Below are positions 1-12,139 of a stretch of 39,967 nucleotides of DNA, one piece after another; the stretch's first letter is position 1; each line of letters starts with the position of its first letter. This DNA comes from Octopus bimaculoides (lineage: Eukaryota). The notes beneath the pieces were generated by a model. The model made no database searches. It saw nothing but the letters and a program-made list of their open reading frames with translations, and had not been told where the DNA came from. The stretch is taken from positions 69,565,162 to 69,605,128 of the forward strand of contig NC_068984.1 of the NCBI RefSeq assembly GCF_001194135.2. The letters run 5' to 3'. The translations under genes were made by a program, and so were the position numbers.

Positions 1-694
1 GATGCTCCCCGCCCCTACTTCTGCTTGTGATCAGAGATGCACATATCATCAGCCCCTAAGAGACATGCTCAACTGGTTAAGGTCAAACAACTGACAAGCA
101 AATTTGTGGTATTGAGCAGAATATTTGCCTATCTTTAATACCAAGACAAAACAATGTACATGATAACACTTGCAATGAGTTAAGATGAGAAGCAATGAAA
201 GCCAGTACCTGATACTGCATCAGTATTATTGTTGTTGTTGTTGTTGTTGTTGTGATCATAAGAGCAGTGAATTCACAGGATTGTTAGANNNNNNNNNNCA
301 GAAGCATTCATAAACTGAGGTACTACTGTATTAAATGAATATGAGAAAAATAGGTCGAGTAGCCCATCCAGCATAAAAGTTCCTTGAATAAGGGGTGTTT
401 AAGGATGTTGAATGAAACACCCATGTTTCCAGAGGTGAATTATCCAAACCTGAAGAATTCCTCTCAACACATGGCGATGATGCTCCCCGCCCCTACTTCT
501 GCTTGTGATCAGAGATGCACATATCATCAGCCCCTAAGAGACATGCTCAACTGGTTAAGGTCAAACAACTGACAAGCAAATTTGTGGTATTGAGCAGAAT
601 ATTTGCCTATCTTTAATACCAAGACAAAACAATGTACATGATAACACTTGCAATGAGTTAAGATGAGAAGCAATGAAAGCCAGTACCTGATACT
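1..694. repeat. Exact 216-bp direct duplication (1-216 = 479-694) next to two 10-N gaps; probable assembly overlap artefact
   Basis: The two copies are identical base for base. A second short block (~238-287) recurs at ~735-783. N runs lie at 289-298 and 695-704. Confidence 0.85.
301..606 (-). mobile_element. Unclassified interspersed repeat, homologous to 29761-29917
   Basis: The reverse complement of ~440-606 (gcaaatattctgctcaataccacaaatttgcttgtcag...gagcatcatcgccatgtgttgagaggaat) aligns by eye with 29761-29917, with indels. Confidence 0.75.
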
Positions 695-1475
695 NNNNNN
701 NNNNATGGTATTTTCCCATAGCTAATGTTTTAATGTTGTTGTTGTTGTGATCATAAGAGCAGTGAATTCACAGGATTGTTAGAACATCATAAAATGATAT
801 CATATGGTATTTACCCTGGAATTTAACATTCTGAGTTCAAACGATGTGTATGTCAGCATATGCTTTGCTTTCATCCTTCTACATCTCATAAAATAAAATA
901 TGATATGAGTATTGGCATTGATTTGATCAAATAATCTCTTTCCTTTAAACTTCTGGCTTTGTGCCTGTGCTTGAAACACTTACTATTATTGTTATTGTCA
1001 TTCCTATTGTTATCATTTCTGTTGTCATTATCATTATTTCAGCTAAAACATGCACATATTTTAGAAAACACATAGCAAGTGGAGATAGAATATAATTCAT
1101 TTCCAGAGCTTTCATAGTGACATTCTATAATGGACAAGCATTGCGTTGATGAGAAGGCTTAAGCTGAAAACCTCTACTGGGAAAAAGCCCTTCCAGCAAA
1201 GATAACCAGCACCACCAGCAGTGACAGCAGCAGTAGCATTACCAAAGGCTAATTCTCCACTTATTTCTCTCCAGTTACAGTAAATCTTCTGCCCAATCTC
1301 TGTCCTTGTTCCCTTTTCAATTTTCATTGATCATTACACATATTTCGATAAAAGGTGCTGTACAGCAAGTGAATAAATTGCTTGCCATTAGATGCAAATA
1401 ATCCTCTTAGAATTCTTTCACTGGTCTCACATGCTGCACTAATAAATAGTCCCTGCTTACAGTTCAAATTATGCA

Positions 1476-1630
1476 TAAACAAAGGTGGACTCAAAAGTTC
1501 ACAGGCTGACTACGAAGCAATGATGACAGAGTTGTGAAATCTTGCATGCATTAATTTCAACTAGTTTTATTAATAATTGCATTGTTTTGTTCCATGTAAA
1601 CTGACATCTGACTGTTCAAAGAAGACTTTG
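1476..1630 (+). mobile_element. Possible Tc1/mariner terminal remnant
   Basis: aaaggtggactcaaaagttcacaggctgac resembles mariner-type TIR starts (tacgagggtg...aaaagtt). No partner TIR was found. Confidence 0.3.
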
Positions 1631-1744
1631 CCAAGGCAACACCAACGTCCTCCCAACAATTAGCCAGAGATGATTTCTAAAATGAGAATATATGAAATAA
1701 ACTCCACTGCTCTCACAAATGAGAATACTAAAAATGAACATAAC

Positions 1745-1945
1745 TGCTCAAAAAATTAAGTCAAAAATCCGGAAAAATAATCCAGAATCCTTGTCTGGTA
1801 TCAGATCAATCCCAAAATCTAATTACTTCATGCCAGTCATGTGACCAAATATCCCTGAAAGTTTCATCCGAATTCATCCAGCGGTTCTTGAGAGATCTTG
1901 TTCAAGGACAAACAAACGTGACTGAAAACAATACCTCCGCCTTAA
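1745..1945 (-). mobile_element. DINE-1/HINE-like (Helentron-associated) non-autonomous element remnant
   Basis: On the minus strand it begins aaggcggaggtattgttttcagtcacgtttgtttgtcc, then gatctctcaagaaccgctggatgaattcggatgaaactttcaggg. This end motif + short (TTTG) repeat + atctcaagaacc/atgaaacttt layout resembles DINE-1-like elements from memory. Confidence 0.45.
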
Positions 1946-2009
1946 GAATAGAAATACCTCCGCCTTAAGAATAGAAATAAGATAAGAATAAAGAAATGAT
2001 AATGAAAAC

Positions 2010-2230
2010 AATCCTTTCTACTATATGCACAAAGTCTGAAATATTAAGTGGTGGGGAGGCGAGTCGATTATATCAAAACCAGTTCTTGACTGGTACTTAT
2101 TCTGTCAACCCCAAACGGATAAAAGCCAAAAGTTGACCATGGCAGAATTTGAACTCAGAGCATAAATCCAGAAGAAAATTTGCTAAGCATTTTGTCTGGT
2201 GTGTTAATGATTCTGCTATCTTACCACTGC
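2010..2230 (-). mobile_element. SINE family A, degenerate
   Basis: Reverse-complement match to the family A copy at 13387-13597 (tgagttcaaattctgcc, cttttatccgtttggggttgac, aagtaccagt). Confidence 0.75.
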
Positions 2231-2233
2231 ATA

Positions 2234-2362
2234 TTACTACAGCTACTGCTACAACTACAAGTACAACAACAACAACTACCACCACCACTGATGATGATGA
2301 CGATGACGACGACGACGACGATGATGATGATGATGATGATGAAAGAAGAAGAAGAAGACGAA

Positions 2363-2409
<47 letters not shown>

Positions 2410-2428
2410 AGAAGAAGAAGAAGAAGAA
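2234..2428. repeat. Compound trinucleotide microsatellite (ACT/ACA)-(CCA)-(GAT/GAC)-(GAA)
   Basis: Directly visible; explains the low-complexity ORFs at 2097-2452. Confidence 0.97.
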
Positions 2429-3423
2429 TCAATTAAAATAAGGGTTTACTAAGACCATTAAGGAACAAAAGCTAGAGATAAGTAAAAGCATAAATAATGA
2501 AGATGATGATGATGATGATGCGGTCAGGGTGCAGTGTTGAAAGGAGAAAATTAAATAAACATTAGTGTGAGGACCCTGCAATAGTGAATGTAGAGATCTG
2601 CTAAGGGGAAAGCAGAAGTCAGTAGCAATAAAACTCAAGTGTTTGTTGGGTTATTGGTAAAGATAATGATTCTTCATTCAAATGACTTGAGCCTAAAATT
2701 GGGTTTAGGAAAAGAAAGATGAGGAAAAGTAGGGAAAGAGAAAGGGAGAGAAACTATTCAGACATACATCCAAACATTTAGCAATGACCCTAAACCTAAA
2801 TAATGGAAGGAAAAGGTGAAAAAAATCATTGTTTATAAAAACAAGTGGGCCAATAAATAAATAGCTAAATAAATAAATTCGATGAAAATAAATTAGAATA
2901 AGGCTTAATTAAAAATTCCAATTAAGTATCAGAGTGAAAGTGTATTAAGAGAATAAATAGCTTGCTGCGAGGTGGTTCATGTGTTAGTTAAATCTACTGT
3001 GTCATAATGATAGAGAGTAGAATATGCTACCACTTGAATAGTTGAAAGAAGGTGATTTAAGAGGCCATAGTGAGATGAAATTGAAAGTAGTTTATGCTAG
3101 TCCAAAACAAGTACCTCATTGACTGCTGTTAGTTAATGGAAGAAAGGGAAATGTAATAATGCTGGAATACAATTATATAACTTAGAAATCCATAAAATAA
3201 GAAGCTGATACCCGATGCAGTCAGAAATAAACAGAGCTATACAAGGAGAGTAGTTGCTAACGAGTTAATTCTACCAAATGTAGAGGAAAATCACAAGCAA
3301 GCATTCAAGAATAAGGATAAAGGAACCCAAAATTTAGGGTAAAGGAACACAAAAAAAAAGAAAAGAAAAGGATAACGGAATGAGGAAGTACAGGTGTGGA
3401 ATCTTCCAAATACATCTATAAGG

Positions 3424-3809
3424 TTATTGTTGGCACTCCGTCGCTTACGACGTCGACGGTTCCAGTTGATCCGATCAACGGAACAGCCTGCTCGTGAAAA
3501 TAACGTGCAAGTGGCTGAGCACTCCACAGACACGTGTACCCTTAACGCAGTTCTCGGGGATATTCAACGTGACACAGTGTGACAAGGCTGGCCCTTTGAA
3601 TTACAGGCACAACAGAAACAGGAAGTAAGAGTGAGAGAAAGTTGTGGTGAAAGAGTACAGCAGGGCTCGCCACCATCCCCTGCCAGAGCGTTGTGAAGCT
3701 TTAGGTGTTTTTGCTCAATAAACACTCACAACGCCCGGTCTGGGAATCGAAACCGCGATCCTATGACCGTGAGTCCGCTGCCCTAACCACTGGACCATTG
3801 CGCCTCCAC
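3424..3809 (-). mobile_element. SINE family C (tRNA-derived head), near full length, with TSD
   Basis: The minus-strand head gtggaggcgcaatggtccagtggttagggcagcggactc...ggtttcgattcc has Pol III A/B boxes. Near-identical to 11480-11863. Flanked by tacatctataagg (3411-3423) and tccatctgtaagg (3810-3822), 11/13 identical. Confidence 0.9.
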
Positions 3810-4169
3810 TCCATCTGTAAGGAATACATAAGTATTGAGAATGATACGCTACGATTAAAAAATAGAGTTTGTGTATTGTTTAAATAAAAACTGCTGGAGT
3901 ATGAACTTTCATAATAGAAAAGTGAGCAGAGGAGATTGTCAAGGTTGTGAATAACATCATTAATAAACCCCTGAGTAAGTGGTGGAATATATACTGGTAC
4001 AGGAGGAGATTAACTTGTAGACTGTCATGTCTCAGGTATATGCACCCTCCACACACACACTCATTTATCCACCTGTGTGTATGTATAAAATATATATGTA
4101 CATATACACATATACATACATTTGTGTGTGTATGTGTATATGTGTACATATGTGTGTGTATATGTGTAC

Positions 4170-4209
<40 letters not shown>

Positions 4210-4256
4210 AGTAGAAAGAAAGTATGAACAAGTAAACAATTGGTATCAGTTTAGTG

Positions 4257-4587
4257 CAGGGGTTCTCAAACCATTTTTTACCAATGGACCCCTTTGGTTA
4301 CTACTCTATTGTAGTGGACCCTTATAGCCATTCGATGTTTAAAACCTAGTTTTACAGAAATTTCTTCCAAAATTCCTATTTTGTCTTTCACACATTAACT
4401 TCTCTAGGGTGAACTATGTAAAAAGTTAAAGAAAGAAACTCAGTTGTTTCTTGCAATACATACCAATACATACATCTAAAGCAAACATTTTTCAGGGGTC
4501 CTTAAAATACTATAATGGATCCTCAATTTAATATTTTGTTATGTGAACCCCCAAAAATTTTATATGGAACCTGGTTGAGAATCATTG
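4257..4587. mobile_element. hAT-superfamily MITE
   Basis: Termini caggggttctcaaacc ... ggttgagaatcattg form an imperfect TIR. 8-bp TSD gtttagtg (4249-4256) / gtttagag (4588-4595). Confidence 0.85.
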
Positions 4588-4812
4588 GTTTAGAGTAAGG
4601 AATTTATAAATCTAAACATAATTATAGGGTTGGTACAGTATAACTTTTAGAATAAAATAGAATGTATCATAGAAATAAGGCAGTAAGACGGTGTGCAGGT
4701 AGTTACTTACTGCCTTTTCCAGAATTGATGGATATATGGTGCATACAGTGCATATGGTGCATATAGTGCTTTTTCAACAGACAAAGATAAGCTTTCCATA
4801 TATTAGCAGACA

Positions 4813-4975
4813 AGGTACATACATGGCCATGTGGTAAGACGTTTGCTTCCCAATCGCATAGCTTGGATTCAGCCCCACTGCATGGCACCTTGGCAAGTAC
4901 CATCAACTATGGCCTTGGGGAAACCAAAGCCCTGTGAGTGGATTCTGTAGATGAAGACTGAAAGAAATCCATTGA
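4813..4975 (+). mobile_element. SINE family B (CORE-like), 5' part
   Basis: Matches 21159-21319: gtggtaag...ttcagccccactgcatggcaccttggcaagt...aaagccctgtgagtggatt. Confidence 0.75.
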
Positions 4976-5251
4976 ATATGTACAAGTTACTTCATCAAGC
5001 AAGAGGAGGGGGAAGCTTCAATAAAAGAGCTCTTCAACTTGAAGGATAATAACTGGTATCAGCATGGGATCAAAGAACAGGGTAGAAAGGTGGCTTCAGA
5101 TGGTGCAGCATGAGGGTCTCTACTTTGAGTGTTTGGCTGCTTCTGTTGTGACTTGATGAATAAAGAAAATAAGCTGGCAATATATTGCAAAACTTTTGAT
5201 TCAAAACAATATAAATGTATGCATGTGTACATACATGCATATGTACATAAC

Positions 5252-5572
5252 TGGCACTCCATCGGTTATAACGTGAGTTCCAGTTGTTTTAATCAACGGA
5301 ACAGCCTGCACATGAAATTAGTGTGCAAGTGGCTGAGTATTCCACAAATACATGTACCCTTAACTTAGTTCTCAGAGATTCAGCATGACACAGAATGTGA
5401 TAAAGCTGACTCTTTGAAATAAAGGTGCTTCTCATTTTTACCAGCTGAGTTGACTGGAACAACATGAAATAAAATAATGTCTTGCTCAAGGATACAATGC
5501 ATCACCAGAAATTGAATTCATGACCTTACGATTGTGAACTGAATACTTTTACCACTAAGCCATGTGTCTTCA
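5252..5572 (-). mobile_element. SINE family D: CORE-like head with the family C 3' tail
   Basis: 5252-5410 matches the family C tail (ggcactcc...aacggaacagcctgc...gcaagtggctgag...tacccttaac). 5430-5572 is a different head containing tgtatccttgagcaagac on the minus strand. Confidence 0.8.
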
Positions 5573-6229
5573 TATATTATGTATATGTATATATACAACA
5601 CATTTCTGTTAGTCCCAGTTTTTTTTCCTTTATCTCTAACTTTACTTTCTATAAAGAATTTAAACTCAAAACATCAAAGTCACTTCTATTTCATAACCTC
5701 TCACTGAGCATCATACTAATATCTTTTCTTTTTTTTACTAGTTTCAGCTTGAGAGCTGTGGCTATGCTGGGGGCAAACTTTGTCTGTTAACTTCTACGCT
5801 GTTTACTTAGCATTAGTTTTGAACCTATGTATGAACATACATGCATGCACATACTCTTATATTCATTCTTCAGAATACTTAATTTTTTAGTTGCTATGCT
5901 ATATTGGTGTAATGAGAATGCTTTTACGGATGCAAGACGAATACCAATATGTAAATTAGTTCATTTATCTACTTCAATGACTACAAGGGTATTTTTGTTT
6001 GATTTTATTGTTATTCATATCATGCGGATTACTTTCATAGATTACCAACTTTATTAATACTGCTTATCAACTTGTAAGACAAATACCATTTCTATGTAGT
6101 TATAAGCAAATGTCTCATACTAGTATGGCGATTTTAAATAAAACTTGATGGAAGATAGCAAACTAGAAACCATTGTAACACTGCTATCCATGCTGTTCTT
6201 TGATACCTAAGATACGTTCTATAATAAGT

Positions 6230-6455
6230 GATTTATATAAGTCCAACAAGAAGAGCCTGTTCTCAGCAGTATGTTCTGTTTGAAATACCAGCTAAATTTC
6301 CTAGAAATCACATCTTATCAAATTAAAATAAAAGGGAAATCTAGATTAAATAAAATATTCTTTGATATGTTATGTAGAACAACAAGATGGAATAATCACA
6401 GCAATGATTTTGATAGGTTTTCTCCATGAGGCTTGACCTGAGAATAAACAACCAC
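6230..6455 (-). mobile_element. Old, highly diverged interspersed repeat (family G)
   Basis: Reverse-complement similarity to 19500-19720 and 15170-15370 (tgtgatttctaggaaatttagctggtatttc). Confidence 0.45.
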
Positions 6456-8175
6456 AATAGTAAGTCAAGTGTTAGATAGTTTATCATCTATTCAGTATCT
6501 GTGATCAGGAGAGTTAACTCTTAAATAGCTTACTTCTGATTAATTGTTAACAATTATAAAAGCGATTACAGGATGACAGTAAACTGATGGGCACTTTATT
6601 AAGTGATAGTGTCAAATTATTTAAAGTGATGCAGATATGCTAAAAGTAGCCCTTCCAGTAGATTGAAATCGGTGATCACAGTGACTTACATGTATTTGCT
6701 AGATTCATATTGTGATTTGTGGAAATTCAACTCTAGTGAGTTGTAGAAATTCAATATGCTTTGCGAGCTGATACTTTCCAAGAAACATTCTAAGTTTTTA
6801 TGCTAAAACTTCATCAAAATAGTGATAGCCATCAAAAAAACAATTCATCAAAATAATGACAGTCACCGATTTAATAAATATGGTATCAAGGTGTGTCAGC
6901 AAAGTATGTATGTGATAGAAAACATCCATATAATGGATGTCAGAGAGCTCTGTTACTTCAAGTTCAACGGAGAATAAACTAAAAAGGACAGAATTGTATT
7001 TATGAGACATGAAAAGAATAAGAGAATGTTATTACTTATAGTTCTATAAAAAGACTTCAATAAACATAGAAAATAATGTTCATAAAGAGATTCACTTATT
7101 CTTCTTATAAGCATAAAATGGTAAGTTGATATATTGAATGTCCTTGTCAGTGATGGAGACACAATTTACACGGGGAAAATTTGACAACATGTTACAAATA
7201 ATCAGTTTAAGAGAAGTTAACGGTCTTACATGGTCTTAGATCAAATCTCTAGCATTGTAAGTACACATGTGATATTCTTGAGAGAATTGAGTAAGATTAC
7301 ATTGAAGGATTTTGAGTTATTGTTATAGACATATATTCAAGGACATTCCAGCCATGATCATTCCATTATCTTCCTAGTCATAGTGCACTTAGAACAATAT
7401 TATCCAATGTGTCCATTTCTGAGATGTGACTTAAGTGAGTTGAAGTTGCTATTTCTAACAGATTAGTTTACATTCAGATGAATAATTTTGAAGGTGTATC
7501 ATATAACCGATATTCGCTATTGTTATGTGTTCAGAACTAAATAACCCAAATCCCACATGCTTAATAGAAATACAAATAATGTTTGAGAAGGTGATATAGT
7601 TGTTATTCCAAACTGAGGGCTGAATATTTTGGTATCCAATTATTTTGTAAATTATCAAGACATATTTTGACAGTGTTTCATCCACATTTTACTCACAAAT
7701 GTAAAATTATTACTTCTTTATTCCAAAGATAAAAGCCTTACTTTCCAATTCAAGACCTTTGTTCTAAAAGTGTTTAAATCTCAGAGCCATATATTTACTA
7801 CGCATGAAATGTTCTGATGAGAAATCTTCATTACATTATGACACAGCTATATATGTGTACATATGTATATATTTATATATGTAGGATGATTTAACATCAG
7901 TGATGTAACTGGATACAGATTATGAAATGGCTGTAAATATATGGAATAAATTTTTTATCACTCATTTCTTTGAAATTTGATTTTTCTATCCAACAAGGAT
8001 TTTCAATACAATATTTACATGCTGTTATTTATAACTCTATCTGTGCTTCATGCTCTAGATCCAAAATGAATTATTACAAGTTCTCTTGCAATATATAAAT
8101 TCTTGACTTCAACAACACACACACGCATGCATGCACAGACACACACAGACACACACAGACACACACACACACACA

Positions 8176-8241
<66 letters not shown>

Positions 8242-8253
8242 ATACATATTATG

Positions 8254-8990
8254 AATCATGATGTCATAGGAGAGAAATGTGTCCACATGAACGATGACTC
8301 ACTTGTATTTAATGAGGATGCAAAGAGAGAGAGTCTTGGAGACAACACTATGAAAGGTTGCTAAATCAAGAGAATGAATGGGAGAAAGAGAGTCTGCCAA
8401 ATGTCAACCCAACAGAGGGACCAGCTATCCAAATTGACAGTACCTTGGTAGATAAATCAATTAAAGGTATGAAGATAGGGAAATACCCCAGCCCATCAGG
8501 AATCACTGCAGAGATGCTTAAAATATCTGGTGGTGTTGGCTATAGTCTAGTCACCTGTATAGTCAATCAGGTGATACATGAAGGAGTCATACCCAATGAC
8601 TGGTGTCGCAGCACCATAGTCAGCTGCTACGAAGATAAAAGTGATGCATTAGATATGAATAATTACAAAAGTATCAAGCTGTTGGATCAGGTAGTGAAAG
8701 TCACGGAGAGGGTCATAGCCCTACTAATTAGGGAGAGAGTCAGTTTAGATGAGATGCAGTTTGGGTTTGTGCCAGCGAAAAGCACCACTGATACTATACA
8801 TCTAGTAAGACAGCTGCAGGATAAATACCAAGCCAAAGATAAATCTCTGTGCCTGGCTTTCATTGACATGGAGAAAGCCTTTGACAGGGTCCCCTGATCC
8901 CTTATCTGGTGATCTATGTGGAAACTAGGGATAGATGAGTGGTTAGTGAGAGCTTTACAATCCAAGTACAGGGATGCTGTCAGTAATGTG
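8254..8990 (+). mobile_element. RTE-clade non-LTR retrotransposon fragment (linker plus N-terminal half of reverse transcriptase), frameshifted and with stops
   Basis: DVIGEKCV...LNQENEW...GKYPSPSGITAEMLK...IPNDWCRSTIVSCY...NNYKSIKLL...EMQFGFVPAKSTTDTIHLVRQLQDKY...LAFIDMEKAFDRVP, continuing past a stop as LIW*SMWKLGIDEWLVRALQSKY. These are typical RTE RT motifs. Confidence 0.95.
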
Positions 8991-9150
8991 GCAGACAAGG
9001 AGGTATCTATTTTTGGCATTTTTTATTTAGTGAGCTTGGTTTTATGGGGTGACTTCTTTTGACATACTATGTTTTCAAAAAAACATGTAATGCTCTTGTA
9101 ATTGTTGGTGACATTACTGTCATTGCTGAATGTATTGATTTTGTGTGTGT

Positions 9151-9204
<54 letters not shown>

Positions 9205-10428
9205 TCAAATATTTCTAACAGTATTCTACTTTTGTGTCTTCCATTATACAAATTCAAGAGCTTGAGCATCAAGTTTTGTCTGAGATAATATCGAAGCTGA
9301 TATTACCATCACTGTGGTAAACATTGTCTTGCCTCTTTAAAGCATCTATCTTGTATTGAAAGTAAATATTACAAATGGTTTCTTTTGCCAGAATATATAA
9401 ACAGTTGAACATTTATCTAAATATCTCTTATATCTATCTTCCTGTACCTTAAGAGTATGTCCTAACACTTTATCATGGCCATCCATTCTCTCTTTTAACC
9501 TGGAGTAAATATTTATCTCCTTTACAATAAGACACCAGTTCCTGAACCTCTATCATTCTTTAGCTTGTCAATATCTGGCACAGAGCCATCTCCCTAAATC
9601 CTACACTTCCACTCATTTGAGGAGTCTTGTCTTGCAAAATACTCGTAAACCTTGCTACCCTAATAATAGAGTGGATCCTGAAAGAAGTTGAGGGCTTTTT
9701 AAAACTTTTTTGAAGAACTTGGGTAGAACCTATAACTTTGATAAGGTAATTTGACTAAAAATTACTTTTAGATGACGCTCTTTCAAAAAGACCAAATTAT
9801 TTCAGTACATTATAATAACACCGTTGCCGATGACAACGACCACACCAACACCAACACCACCACCACCGATGATAATGACGATGACAACAGTGGTTTCCTT
9901 TGTTGTCTAAGGGGTGAAAGATGAAGATGCATTATAAAGACAATCTATGAAGCCACAAGTATGATACATTAAGTAATAATGCTAAATTCCATTTTCTTTG
10001 TACCATGTTGTTACCATTTTGTTTGAGATTCACTTTATGACAGAGACTTAAGAAAAAGCAATAGTTATGACTCACCTGTATTTCAGTTTTTTCCCAATGT
10101 ACACCAGGCTATGTTATTCAATGTATTTTTTTTTTTGCTTTTTACAAGACCAAAAGTTGTGATTTAGAGGAATTTTGGCTGCTATTTCTTGCTGATTGAG
10201 CAAGGATGTACAAACTTGTTCATTGGCTGGCATATAACCTATTAGTCTCATTAAACAGACAATTGGAAGCCAATATTAATAAAAATGAAAAAGAAATGGC
10301 TTTTGTTAGGGAAAGATTTAACACTTGATGTGCTACAAAATACTTATTTATCACGCCTAGAATTTGAACTGATATTCAAGTTCATCTATTGTCATGAGTA
10401 ATGATACTGAGAAAAACAATTATCAATC

Positions 10429-10471
<43 letters not shown>

Positions 10472-10599
10472 CATTATTATTATTATTAGTAGTAGTAGTA
10501 GTAATAGTAGTAGTAGTAGTAGTAGTAGTATACATTGTTATATATATTGCTTACTTTTCAATTTGGTTAGATTGAAATATGTCCAGATAGAACTTTTTC

Positions 10600-10631
<32 letters not shown>

Positions 10632-10670
10632 GTTTCTGTAATAATGATAACAACAATAATAATAATGTTA
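10429..10670. repeat. (ATT)n-(AGT)n and (AAT)n microsatellites
   Basis: Directly visible; explains the ORF at 10401-10679. Confidence 0.95.
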
Positions 10671-11479
10671 ACTAAATAAAGTTATATACAATTGAAATTA
10701 AATTTATTGATTAAGAAAAGAGCTACCAATCTAAGATTGTAATTTACAAATTATTTGACAGAACTAAAAAAATAAAACGTAATTCAATCTTTGTTAAAAA
10801 AAATTTACTTTCAAAACAACAAACAAAAATAAGAGACAGAATAAACAAAAACAACAACAGCAACAAAAAGAATATACGAATTATACAGGAAACCAAACTA
10901 TTTTATCACTTCTATGTGACTAATAAAGAAACATCTAGTTAGTTTGAGACAAATGAATCTCTAATTATTATTACAAGTTTAAAAATGCTTCTTGATATGT
11001 TGAAAATAAATAAACAAATAAATAGATAAATAAATGAATAGATAAATAAATAAATAAATAAATAAATGAATAAATAAAAGGACAAATTATTAAAATATGT
11101 GCAAGAACTAAAGCAGACAAAAGGATTTCAAAACTAATAAACACTAGTGACGTAGGTGCTGGCATAGTTGAAGTAATAAGTCAAAAATTTTTAATGAATT
11201 AAAATTGTACAATTAGTAATGAGAGCAATCATTTTCTAAACAACTAAATCTGGTATAACAAAACAATAAATAAATAAAACAAAATGAATAAAATTAAATT
11301 AAAGCAAACAGAGGGACAACCCTGAAATTTTAATTAATGAATTAAAATAAATTAATTATAAAATGTACAAGAGAGTGAATGTAATCATTCATTCACAAAA
11401 AAACTCTAGACAGGTTTCTAACTTATCAGACCTTATTAACAAAACATTGTAAAACCATGACTCCAAGATCTTAGCAACA

Positions 11480-11863
11480 TGTGTTGGCAATCCGTCGCTT
11501 ATGACAGTTAGGGTTCCAGTTGATCCGATCAACGGAACAGCCTGCTCATGAAATGAATGTGCAAGTGGCTGAGCACTCCACAGACACGTGTACCCTTAAC
11601 GTAGTTCTCGGGGAAATTCAGCATGACACAGCGTGACAAGGCTGACTCTTTGAATTACAGGCACAACAGAAACAGGAAGTAAGAGTGAAAGAAAGTTGTG
11701 GTGAAAGAGTACAGCAGGGTTCACCGCCATCCCCTGCCGGAACCTCGTGGAGCTTTAGGTGCTTTCGCTCAATAAACACTCACAACGCCTGGCCTGGGAA
11801 TCGAAACCGCAATCCTATGACCTCGAGTCCGCTACCCTAACCACTGGGCCATTGCACCTCCAC
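11480..11863 (-). mobile_element. SINE family C, near full length, with perfect 11-bp TSD
   Basis: Near-identical to 3424-3809. TSD tcttagcaaca at 11469-11479 and 11864-11874. Confidence 0.93.
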
Positions 11864-12139
11864 TCTTAGCAACAACTAATGATATAAACTGAACTAGAGA
11901 CAAATTTTTTTTAAATACTGTTTGCTTGAAATCTAATGAGATAAAAATATTAAATATGTTTGTGCTGGAATCTGTTTTATGTTTCAGTTTCACACATGCA
12001 AGTTAAAAGCAGATAATTGTTTTTTTTTTTGTTTTTTTTATTTTGATAAATTTTCAAGAAGTAGACTTTGAATGAAATAAAGAGAAAATTACAAAATATG
12101 ATTCTAAGTGGCCAAAACCTTTAGCGATATTCCATGCTT

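Noticed and set aside
1112-1327. 71-aa minus-strand ORF with a small-residue-rich middle
   Set aside because: No recognisable homology, and the A/G/T-rich part overlaps a degenerate CAG/CAC repeat. Kept only as a low-interest note.
2097-2452. ORFs with poly-L/S/V, poly-T/D/R and poly-Q/M/E runs
   Set aside because: They are translations of a compound trinucleotide microsatellite in several frames, with no splice or homology support.
3730-3809. tRNA-like sequence on the minus strand (also 11785-11863 and the family A/B heads)
   Set aside because: A/B boxes are present, but there is no complete cloverleaf or acceptor stem. They continue into SINE bodies with TSDs, so they are SINE heads rather than tRNA genes.
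3880-4327. HT/VC/YI-rich ORFs (also at 8074-8364, 9023-9265, 22388-22806, 25930-26514, 31155-31513 and 39397-39767)
   Set aside because: Dinucleotide and tetranucleotide repeats lack stop codons in some frames.
7812-7825. CTGATGA followed by GAAA (hammerhead core words); CTGATGA also occurs near 12734, 27993, 30254 and 33456
   Set aside because: No stem II or flanking stems I/III can be formed.
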